64,000 nt of DNA from an uncultured Candidatus Saccharibacteria bacterium (GTDB lineage Bacteria; Patescibacteriota; Minisyncoccia; Phycocordibacterales; UBA12088). The notes beneath the pieces are model-generated. The model saw nothing but the letters and a program-made list of their open reading frames with translations. It made no database searches and was not told where the DNA came from. Both the position numbers and the translations under genes were made by a program. Shown here piece by piece: positions 9,328-16,992 of this stretch; positions within the stretch are counted from its first letter, which is position 1; each line of letters begins with the position of its first letter. The stretch spans positions 129,960-193,959 of the forward strand of contig CAYPKR010000002.1 of the NCBI GenBank assembly GCA_964411375.1, given 5' to 3'.

Positions 9328-11313
9328 ATGCAAACACTTCCCATTAATACTAAAACAATAGACCTGGAAGAAGCAGGGACTCTGCTCGGGGTTTCGGGCG
9401 CAACCATACGAAATTGGATCAGACATAGCTATATCACCCCTGAAAACACCACTAATAAGAAAATGGTGTTTAAACATGCCGAGATACAAGAGCTGAAAAA
9501 CAAAATCGAATCTGGAGAAATAAGTCGTTTGAGCAAACGTGCCAACAAAAGGAATTCATCAAATACTTTTATTCCTGATGAGTATGCCGACAACGACGAG
9601 GTCTATGTACTTGTAAAAGAGATTATCGATATTTATCGATCAAATGATCTCAACAAAGATAGCGTCATATTTTCCTTATTGCTTAACGTACTTAAGAACG
9701 TTGGATTAGTTGAATACCCGACGACTTTTGATATTTCGAAGATCACCTTTAAAAGCAAAACAGTAGAACAAGAGCTTAGTTGGTGGCTAAAAAACGCGCA
9801 GCATAATTTGGCCTCAAATAACTATAGCGATCTCTTGAATATTGATCTGCCAAAGGTTAATGACATCGTTGGACTCATTTATCAGTCCTTAAGTAATGAG
9901 GGGGATAAAGCAGAAGGCGGTTCTTATTACACTCCCAAGGTGGTAGTGGATGAGGCTGTAGAAAGATATATTAAACAGGACTTACTTGTTCTCGATCCAT
10001 GCTGTGGTACAGGTCAGTTTCTTCTATCGGCCTCTAAGAAAATTAAAAATCCAAGCAATATTTGGGGTTTCGATATAGATGAAAAAGCCGTAAGAATAGC
10101 GAGATTGAATCTCTTGGCTCAATACCCAAGGGAAGACTTTGTACCAAATATTTTTCATAGAAATACACTTCTTTCTTCGAGAGGTCTTTTTGGGAACGAT
10201 ACTCCTGAATTTGATGTAGTAATAACCAATCCGCCTTGGGGAGTACATTTTTCTTCCTCTGAAATTAGAGAGCTGGGGGCACTCTATCCATATATAAATT
10301 CCAACGAAGCTTTCTCATATTTTATCGCTAGAGGCTTAGAATTCTTAAAAGAAGGCGGCGTTTTGTCGTACATTCTTCCAGAATCAATTTTGAATGTTAA
10401 ATCTCACAGAGACATTCGAGAGATACTGCTTACAAAAACAAGAATAAAGAAAGTTAAGCATCTTGATAGAGTCTTTAAAAATGTTTTTACGCCGGTGATT
10501 AGGCTTGATGTGGCTAAATTAACTCCTGAAGATACAGATGAGTTTGAGGTTGAAAAAGCAGAATTGAAACACACAATTAAGCAATCCCGCTTGAAGAATA
10601 ACAATGATTATTTGTTTGATGTATTTAATGGAGATCAAGAACTAGGTATTTTTGAGAAAGTCTATAGTGTCGATCATACAACTCTTAAAAATAACGCCGA
10701 ATGGGCATTGGGCGTAGTAACCGGAGACAACAAGAAACATCTTAAAGAGACTAAATCGAGTGAATTTGAACCCATTTTAACCGGCAAAGAAATAAAGAGG
10801 TTTATAGTGGCTCAACCAAAGAATTTTATTAAATTTGAACCTGGTAAATTCCAGCAGGTAGCTCCGGAATATAAATATAGGGTGCCAGAGAAACTCATTT
10901 ATAAGTTCATCTCAAAGGACTTGGTATTTTCCTATGACAATCAGCAAACCCTTACATTAAATAGCGCAAATATTCTTATCCCGGAGGTAGAAAATTACCC
11001 AGTAAAAACTATTCTCGCGCTATTTAATTCATCGCTTTATCAATTCATATACCAGAAAAAGTTTGGTGCTATAAAAATCTTGAGAAGTGATCTTGAACAA
11101 TTACCGCTCCCCATCCTTCCAGCGAATCAGCATGAAAGATTGAACTTACTTGTTGAGAGATTGCTTGATACTGATCTTGGATTAGAGGAAAGAAAATCGG
11201 AATATCTCAAACTTGATAATGCTATATTATCCCTGTTTTCCTTAAGCAAGGTTGAACAGGAATATATAAGATCAAACGTAAAAATGTCGGACAAATTATT
11301 AAACTTTCAATAA
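9328..11313 (+). CDS. Type II N6-adenine DNA methyltransferase, gamma class (Eco57I/TaqI-like) with an N-terminal HTH
   Basis: 661 aa. Motif I is VLDPCCGTGQFL, motif IV is NPPWG, and a C-terminal TaqI-like specificity region is present. The N-terminus LEEAGTLLGVSGATIRNWIRH is an HTH. Confidence 0.9.
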   Translation: MQTLPINTKTIDLEEAGTLLGVSGATIRNWIRHSYITPENTTNKKMVFKHAEIQELKNKIESGEISRLSKRANKRNSSNTFIPDEYADNDEVYVLVKEIIDIYRSNDLNKDSVIFSLLLNVLKNVGLVEYPTTFDISKITFKSKTVEQELSWWLKNAQHNLASNNYSDLLNIDLPKVNDIVGLIYQSLSNEGDKAEGGSYYTPKVVVDEAVERYIKQDLLVLDPCCGTGQFLLSASKKIKNPSNIWGFDIDEKAVRIARLNLLAQYPREDFVPNIFHRNTLLSSRGLFGNDTPEFDVVITNPPWGVHFSSSEIRELGALYPYINSNEAFSYFIARGLEFLKEGGVLSYILPESILNVKSHRDIREILLTKTRIKKVKHLDRVFKNVFTPVIRLDVAKLTPEDTDEFEVEKAELKHTIKQSRLKNNNDYLFDVFNGDQELGIFEKVYSVDHTTLKNNAEWALGVVTGDNKKHLKETKSSEFEPILTGKEIKRFIVAQPKNFIKFEPGKFQQVAPEYKYRVPEKLIYKFISKDLVFSYDNQQTLTLNSANILIPEVENYPVKTILALFNSSLYQFIYQKKFGAIKILRSDLEQLPLPILPANQHERLNLLVERLLDTDLGLEERKSEYLKLDNAILSLFSLSKVEQEYIRSNVKMSDKLLNFQ

Positions 11314-11316
11314 AAC

Positions 11317-12057
11317 ATGCAACTTCTAAAGGAAAAACTTAATCAGTTAATCGATGAGCTCTCCGCAGATAAAAAGGAGATGATACGGGGACGGCTTGCC
11401 GATCTTATCTCCGTATACCCGTTCAATGAGTACGAATATATAATCTCCTCCCTTATGGGTTTTGGAAAGATTACGCTCGATGATTACCTTGAAATCAGGG
11501 ATGAATATATCGCACGAAACATGTATCTCTATATCTTCGAAATAGGCTCGCCTCGCGGTTTCGGAGAGCAATGGGCTCAAGGTCATCTTAAAGAGTTGGT
11601 TCCGGAGCTAGTAAAGCCCACAAAGAAAGTAGAGGAAAACTACAAGGGAGATTATGATTTTTTATTACCCAATCAGGATGATCTGATAAGAATTGAAGTA
11701 AAAGCCTCGAGAGCAGTTGATGGAGCTAGTGCTGAACCTTTGTATGTAAAAGCTCTTGCTTTCGAAAACAAGCAACCTTTCTGGATGAACTTTCAACAGA
11801 TTAAGCCAGCTCACTGTGATGTGTTTGTGTGGGTTGCTGTGTGGAGAGACGTGATCAAATACTGGGTGCTCTCATCGGATGAAGTAAAAGCAAATAAATA
11901 CTATTCTAAAGGCCAACATAGAGGAAATGTTGGAGAAGGCCAGTTGCATATTAAGGATGACAATATTAAGGATTTTCAGATTTACGAAGTCAAACCAAAC
12001 GAACTTAAAGACGCTATCGTTAGAGCGTACGAGCGACAGAAAGGTATCACTAAGTAA
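11317..12057 (+). CDS. Putative type II restriction endonuclease (PD-(D/E)xK-like)
   Basis: 246 aa, starting 4 nt after the methyltransferase stop. It contains a D...DDLIRIEVKAS pattern compatible with a PD-ExK active site. No other identifiable family signature was seen. Confidence 0.5.
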   Translation: MQLLKEKLNQLIDELSADKKEMIRGRLADLISVYPFNEYEYIISSLMGFGKITLDDYLEIRDEYIARNMYLYIFEIGSPRGFGEQWAQGHLKELVPELVKPTKKVEENYKGDYDFLLPNQDDLIRIEVKASRAVDGASAEPLYVKALAFENKQPFWMNFQQIKPAHCDVFVWVAVWRDVIKYWVLSSDEVKANKYYSKGQHRGNVGEGQLHIKDDNIKDFQIYEVKPNELKDAIVRAYERQKGITK

Positions 12058-12110
12058 CGATGCCTTTTGAGCATTTCGGATATGAGACAAAAGTGTCTTA
12101 TTTCTGAAAA

Positions 12111-12140
12111 GCTGACTGGAAGTTAGCTTAAACCTTACTT
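12111..12140. other. Hairpin (8-bp stem CTGGAAGT/ACTTCCAG) at the junction between the A+T-rich R-M operon and the GC-richer recombinase module
   Basis: ctggaagttagcttaaaccttacttccag. There is no clear T-tract. Confidence 0.3.
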
Positions 12141-12150
12141 CCAGTACAAA

Positions 12151-12813
12151 ATGATTATGAAGATGAAAAAGGCCTTACTGGCCAGGACATATACACTCAA
12201 TACGAACCGGTCCGTGGGTAAAGCAACCACGTATCTGTTTTCTATATCAGCCATTACCGGCGAATTGCGATCCGCGCTTAAGGATTTTGCGGATGTTGAG
12301 CGGCCGGCCGAGATCGTAAAGACCAGCGATCCGGCTATTCAAGCTCTCGTCGGCGCACTCAATCGAAACAGCGAAAGCATCGAATCCATGACACGTGCCT
12401 ATCTTACTGCTTTGAATAAAATTGCAGATTTGGAAACGAGCGTTGCGAAACTCACGGCCGAAGGCGCAGCGTACGGCCTTGCCGGCAAGCGAACTAAACC
12501 AGCAGACAAAAAGACAATCTATCTTTCGAACGATGGCGACTTATACCGCGAGCCGAAAGCGAAGCATTGTTATGCGATGGGCAAGGAAAAGCAACGCCAG
12601 AAGATCGTGCGGGTCCTACTTGAAAGGAAGACCTATGTGCCCACGGATGCGCTCGTGGAGCTCTCCGGCAGTAAGAATCGCAAATCACTGCACAACGCGA
12701 AACTCATGATCAATCGCAAAGTGCGGTACGCGCTGGGTATTGAAAACTTTATCGTCGGCCGCGCGGTAAGCGGCTACAAACTCAATCCGGAATACAAAAT
12801 AAAGCAGGTGTAG
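12151..12813 (+). CDS. DNA-binding protein with a C-terminal OmpR/PhoB-type winged helix
   Basis: 220 aa. The C-terminus KIVRVLLERKTYVPTDALVE...NRKVRYALGIENFIVGRAVSGYKL matches the Trans_reg_C wing pattern (..RLR.KL.....I.TVRG.GY.L). The GC content is higher than in the adjacent R-M genes. Confidence 0.5.
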   Translation: MIMKMKKALLARTYTLNTNRSVGKATTYLFSISAITGELRSALKDFADVERPAEIVKTSDPAIQALVGALNRNSESIESMTRAYLTALNKIADLETSVAKLTAEGAAYGLAGKRTKPADKKTIYLSNDGDLYREPKAKHCYAMGKEKQRQKIVRVLLERKTYVPTDALVELSGSKNRKSLHNAKLMINRKVRYALGIENFIVGRAVSGYKLNPEYKIKQV

Positions 12814-13210
12814 CTCTGGTGTAGTTAATAAGTTGGTACTGCAAGCAGCAAAACGGCTGCTTTTTTCGTATCTGGCTACACGTCCGCAGTATGGTAAACG
12901 CCCATTCATGCTTGCAACAATAAAAGCGTGTGAGAGGAAGTTAATGACAATGAAAATGCCACATGCAAAACAATTATTACAAAACCGCCGATCTGGCATT
13001 GGTCGCGGTGCTTTTATTATTCATTCCTGATTCTCTGGAGGTCGTGGATCGGGGAAATCCGCACAAGGTGCTCTTTTGTTTCGGCAAGAGCCCTGACTTG
13101 GATTCTCTGGTGAAGCGATACTGGAATCGCGAGCTTGTGGTCGAACCGCAGGCGTTCTTCAACCAGCTCAAACAGGTCAAAGTACGGATTTATGCCGAGG
13201 ACTAAGACCT

Positions 13211-13420
13211 GTGAAAATCAAACCGGAAACGCTGGAGAAACTCCGCGCGATCCTGAAGCACGACTTCAGTCTTGAGGTAAGCGACCAAGACCTGCACGAC
13301 ATCGCCTTCAATCTGGTGCGGTACTACGACGCGCTATCGCGGTTTTACGTCGAGGACATCACGAGCGGCCGCACGCTCATCGAACCCTATGACACCCAAC
13401 CCAAGCGAACAAAAGCATAA
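13211..13420 (+). CDS. Hypothetical small protein (69 aa)
   Basis: ORF in the higher-GC recombinase module. It overlaps the next ORF by 32 nt in a different frame. Confidence 0.3.
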   Translation: MKIKPETLEKLRAILKHDFSLEVSDQDLHDIAFNLVRYYDALSRFYVEDITSGRTLIEPYDTQPKRTKA

Positions 13421-13961
13421 GGTCCGAGACTACCGCGAAGCGCCGTTTGCCTACCAAGACAAACCAGCCTTGCGCTTTATGCGCCAGGAATGGATCGACA
13501 AAAGAATAAGCGACGATGCATATCGCAACCTGCGCAACGTGTACTGTGCGCTTACCGAGATCGCATCGAATAAAGCGAGCCAAACCATCGAAGCGTCGAA
13601 TAAGACGATGCTTCTCTACTGTGGGCTCAAAGACTGGCGGACGATTAAGAAATGCTTGGACACGCTCGAAGTGTGGGCGTTTATCGCGATCACCAAAGTT
13701 CGCGGCGCGGATGCCAAGTTCAAGCCGCGAAGCATCACACTTCTTTCCGTCCTACATCTGGCGCAGGATGGTGGCCGATCTGCACGTGAAGCCATACGGC
13801 AAAGCACGCACACAGGCTGCGAGGCAGAAGATAAAGAAGCTAAGGGATTAAAAGAAATTAAAGAAAATTATAAAGAAACTAGCGGTGACTTCGAGAAAAT
13901 AAAGGAAATTCGGCAAATGAAGGCTCAATTACTGAAGAAAATGAGTATGCGAGGCAAATAA
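13389..13961 (+). CDS. Hypothetical protein (190 aa), cargo of the element
   Basis: Protein-like composition with a Lys/Glu-rich C-terminus. No recognisable motif. Confidence 0.4.
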   Translation: MTPNPSEQKHKVRDYREAPFAYQDKPALRFMRQEWIDKRISDDAYRNLRNVYCALTEIASNKASQTIEASNKTMLLYCGLKDWRTIKKCLDTLEVWAFIAITKVRGADAKFKPRSITLLSVLHLAQDGGRSAREAIRQSTHTGCEAEDKEAKGLKEIKENYKETSGDFEKIKEIRQMKAQLLKKMSMRGK

Positions 13962-14039
13962 TCATCTAACCAGAACCCACCAGTATTAACCGTTTTTCGG
14001 CAAGATTCGGCAGTAAACGGCAATGATTCGAGCAAAATA

Positions 14040-14070
14040 ATTACAGGATTCTACAGGAAATTACAGGGTT
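14040..14070. repeat. Three direct TACAGG repeats at 10-11 bp spacing upstream of the serine recombinase gene
   Basis: attacaggattctacaggaaattacagggtt. This is preceded by a near-repeat cggcaagattcg / cggcaatgattcg. Confidence 0.4.
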
Positions 14071-14175
14071 TTGAGGAAAAAGGAATGTGGGTAACTCAAG
14101 CTTAGCAGCTGCAAGAAAAGAGCATATGGTGTGTCTGGTACCGAACGTCGAATTCGAACCGCTTTTATCAACTAA

Positions 14176-15792
14176 ATGATTATGACTATGAATCAAGAAA
14201 ATCAACCCTTACGCGCCGTCGGCTACGCTCGCGTGTCGTCCAAGGATCAGGAAGACACCGGCTATTCGCTGCCGGCGCAAGAAAAGCTTCTGCGGGATTA
14301 TGCCGACCGGAATGGCTACGATCTGGTCAAAGTATTTGCCATTCAAGAATCGGCCGCGGGCAAGGTCCAGCGCAAGATATTTCACGAAATGATGGAGTAT
14401 GTGTCGAAAGCGAAAATCACTACGATCTTCGTCGAGACGACTGACCGCCTTACGCGCAACTTCGCCGATGTGCCGGTTATCGACGAGTGGATTCTTGCCG
14501 ACGAGAAGCACATGATCCATCTCGTCAAAGAAAGCTGCACGCTCCATAAAGACTCGAAATCTCACGAATGGTTTATGTGGCGCGTGAAAGTTGCTACAGC
14601 CGAGTACTACATCCGGCTCCTTTCCGAGAACGTGAAGAAAGGCCAGAAAGAAAAGCTGGCGCAAGGCTGGCTACCGACACGGCCGCCGCTTGGCTATAAA
14701 ACCATCGGCGAGAAAGGACATAAAATCCATGTGCTCGATGAGGACAAAGCGCCGATCGTCAAAAGAATGTTCGAACTGTATGCTACCAACATCAGCTCGA
14801 CCAAAAAGCTTGCCGATGAAATGTACCGGCTCGGTATGCGCTCGCGTGGAGGCAACAAGGTAAGCCACTCACGCGTGCACCAGCTCCTTGGCGATCCGTT
14901 CTATTACGGTATGAACCGCTGGAACGGCAAAGTCGCGCAAGGCAATCATGAGCCTCTGATCACCAAAGAATTATTTATGCGATGCCAAGACATCATGCAC
15001 AGCAACGGCACGCCAAAATACAACAAACACAATTCGCTTTTTAAGAACGTGTTTAAGTGCGAGGAATGCAAAGGCCGCGTAACATGGGAGATACAGAAAG
15101 GCCACTGGTACGGACACTGCAACCATTACAAGAATTGCACGCAGCGCGAATATGTCCGGCAAGAAACGGTCGATGAGCAAGTCATGGAAAATATCGAGCA
15201 GTTAAGCTCAAAGCATGACGAAGCCATCGAGCATATGCTCACCTGGGTCCAAGAAGCTCTCAAGGAAAGCCACAGCGAGGAAATAGAATTTAGGGAAAAG
15301 GCCACCGGCGAGCTTGAACGACGTTATCAAATGGCAACCCAGCGGCTCGACAAGATATATGACGATAAGATCGACGGCAAAATCAGCGAGGAGTTCTATC
15401 AGAAAAAGTATGCTCAATACAAGCTTGAGCAGGAAGAAGTGATGGATAGCCTCAATAAGCATAAGAATGCCAATCTCAAGTACTACGACATGGGCTCGAC
15501 GTTCTTGCAGATGGCCAAGGAGGCACGAAGGATTTACCTCAACCGAAGCACTATCGAGATGGTCGATGACAAGAAGCTCTTAATGTCTCTATTATTTTCG
15601 AACTCGACCATAAATAGCAAGAAAGTTGATATTTCATACCATAAAGCCTTCAAAATCATCTCCGATCGCGTGATGCAGATGTTGGGAGAAAAAATACCCA
15701 AAAATAAAACTTTCGAACCGCCAAAAAAGCCCGTCAATAAAGGAAAAACACCAGCTTTCGCTGATGTTAATCCTATCTGGCTCCGGCGGTAG
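14176..15792 (+). CDS. Large serine recombinase (resolvase catalytic domain + recombinase domain + zinc ribbon)
   Basis: N-terminal catalytic domain LRAVGYARVSSKDQ (catalytic Ser). A Cys-rich zinc beta-ribbon CEECKGRVTW...GHCNHYKNC is present. The protein is 538 aa. The last 5 codons are encoded by the 3' end of the tRNA-Asn gene. Confidence 0.9.
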   Translation: MIMTMNQENQPLRAVGYARVSSKDQEDTGYSLPAQEKLLRDYADRNGYDLVKVFAIQESAAGKVQRKIFHEMMEYVSKAKITTIFVETTDRLTRNFADVPVIDEWILADEKHMIHLVKESCTLHKDSKSHEWFMWRVKVATAEYYIRLLSENVKKGQKEKLAQGWLPTRPPLGYKTIGEKGHKIHVLDEDKAPIVKRMFELYATNISSTKKLADEMYRLGMRSRGGNKVSHSRVHQLLGDPFYYGMNRWNGKVAQGNHEPLITKELFMRCQDIMHSNGTPKYNKHNSLFKNVFKCEECKGRVTWEIQKGHWYGHCNHYKNCTQREYVRQETVDEQVMENIEQLSSKHDEAIEHMLTWVQEALKESHSEEIEFREKATGELERRYQMATQRLDKIYDDKIDGKISEEFYQKKYAQYKLEQEEVMDSLNKHKNANLKYYDMGSTFLQMAKEARRIYLNRSTIEMVDDKKLLMSLLFSNSTINSKKVDISYHKAFKIISDRVMQMLGEKIPKNKTFEPPKKPVNKGKTPAFADVNPIWLRR

Positions 15793-15852
15793 GATTCGAA
15801 CCTACAACCAACGCGTTAACAGCGCGCTGCTCTACCATTGAGCTACACCGGA
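15778..15852 (-). tRNA. tRNA-Asn (anticodon GTT)
   Basis: Minus-strand sequence: TCCGGTGTAGCTCAATGGTAGAGCAGCGCGCTGTTAACGCGTTGGTTGTAGGTTCGAATCCTACCGCCGGAGCCA. It has a cloverleaf with a 7-bp acceptor stem, GTT anticodon, GGTTCGAATCC T-arm and an encoded CCA. A TAGAAT -10 element lies about 10 nt upstream. Confidence 0.85.
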
Positions 15853-16091
15853 ATGTGGCGCCATTCTAACCAAAAACTGTCTAGGGCGCAATGTATTTAC
15901 AACACAACGATTGTTCTATTCTGTCGAGACTGCCTCGAAAACGCTAAGAGTATACTAGTGCATCTGGTGCTTTTCTGACGAGGTGCTGGATAGGATTTTG
16001 TCGGCCATTGGTATCGAGAAAATCCTTTCATGTCTACCAGCATCAATAAGTCGCGAGTACCGCGAGAAGGTGCTTGGAGTTAACTAAAAAT

Positions 16092-16125
16092 CCGCCGGCA
16101 GAGAATCTGCTTCGGCGGATTCTTT
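16092..16125. other. Hairpin with flanking A/T tracts (terminator-like)
   Basis: aaaaatccgccggcagagaatctgcttcggcggattctttgtatattt. Confidence 0.35.
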
Positions 16126-16163
16126 GTATATTTAACAGGTACACCTTCACTCTCTCTCCATGA

Positions 16164-16766
16164 ATGACTTCGTATAATTGCCGAATGCGAACGATTGTAG
16201 CTACGGCAACTATTTTGACGCTTCTTCCCTTCCCCGCACTCGCCGCTACAAAAACAGTGACCGGCTATTCCGAAGATCACGCCGAGGCGTACTTTTCTTC
16301 GACCCAAGGATGTGAAGATGTCGTAGTTGGCGTATCGGTTGTTGAACCCGAAAAAATAATTCCGGAGGCGCCGCTTGCGCCGACGCAAGCGTTTGTCTTT
16401 GGTACCTTCAACAATATCTGCGATATCGGCTCGAGCTACAGCTTTGCCGAAAATGTTACGCTCAATCCAAGCGAATTTGATCAGAAGAAATTACAGAATG
16501 CGACTCTACACCTCATCCGAAATATTGGCGGATTTGATGTCGTGATCAATCTCGATTGGAATGGTGTCGACAAAAAGCAGAAAAATAAAAACACCGTGCG
16601 CACCAAGAACGATGGAATCGTAATTCGCGATACTGACGTGATCGCTTCGCGCGCTGCCGATATCACCGGAACATTTACCGTAAACGGAATTGAGTATGCC
16701 GGAAATTCCACGATAACCGGCGGACTTTCAACTATCCGAGCCCATACGGTACAGAAAACGAAATAG
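16164..16766 (+). CDS. Secreted hypothetical protein (signal peptide)
   Basis: MRTIVATATILTLLPFPALAATKT is a signal-peptide-like N-terminus. A TATAAT sequence lies just upstream, so translation probably starts at Met8 (16185). Confidence 0.55.
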   Translation: MTSYNCRMRTIVATATILTLLPFPALAATKTVTGYSEDHAEAYFSSTQGCEDVVVGVSVVEPEKIIPEAPLAPTQAFVFGTFNNICDIGSSYSFAENVTLNPSEFDQKKLQNATLHLIRNIGGFDVVINLDWNGVDKKQKNKNTVRTKNDGIVIRDTDVIASRAADITGTFTVNGIEYAGNSTITGGLSTIRAHTVQKTK

Positions 16767-16770
16767 TATT

Positions 16771-16992
16771 CTATCGATGTGGGCAACCAACCCAACAACA
16801 TGGTCGGCGCATTCCGCCCGAGAGTTTTGATATTGCTTTCTTCAGTCTGATATCTCTTGTCTCTTTCCTTTTTCCAGACGTAACCCAACAAATCCATTCA
16901 TTCTTGGCGAGCGGCGTAATATCTTCCCATACCGTTTTCGCTTTGGGACTCGATGCAATCGCTTTTTTCAAATCAGGAGGAAGTGTGTGCAT
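16771..16992 (-). CDS. YdeI/OmpD-associated family small protein
   Basis: 73 aa: DLKKAIASSPKAKTVWEDITPLAKNEWICWVTSGKRKETRDIRLKKAISKL, typical of the YdeI C-terminal domain. Confidence 0.55.
   Translation of the reverse strand: MHTLPPDLKKAIASSPKAKTVWEDITPLAKNEWICWVTSGKRKETRDIRLKKAISKLSGGMRRPCCWVGCPHR

Noticed and set aside
12833-13205. Two short plus-strand ORFs (65 and 80 aa) between the winged-helix gene and the 13211 ORF
   Set aside because: No SD sequence and no motif. Possibly real element genes, but the evidence is too weak.
14145-14165. Second partial match (aattcgaaccg) to the tRNA-Asn T-arm just upstream of the recombinase gene
   Set aside because: Only a 9-mer containing the self-complementary TTCGAA. 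It is likely chance and is not used to define an att site.
16080-16388. 102-aa minus-strand ORF overlapping the start of the secreted-protein gene
   Set aside because: Arg/Cys-rich, overlaps a terminator-like hairpin and a better plus-strand gene that has a signal peptide.
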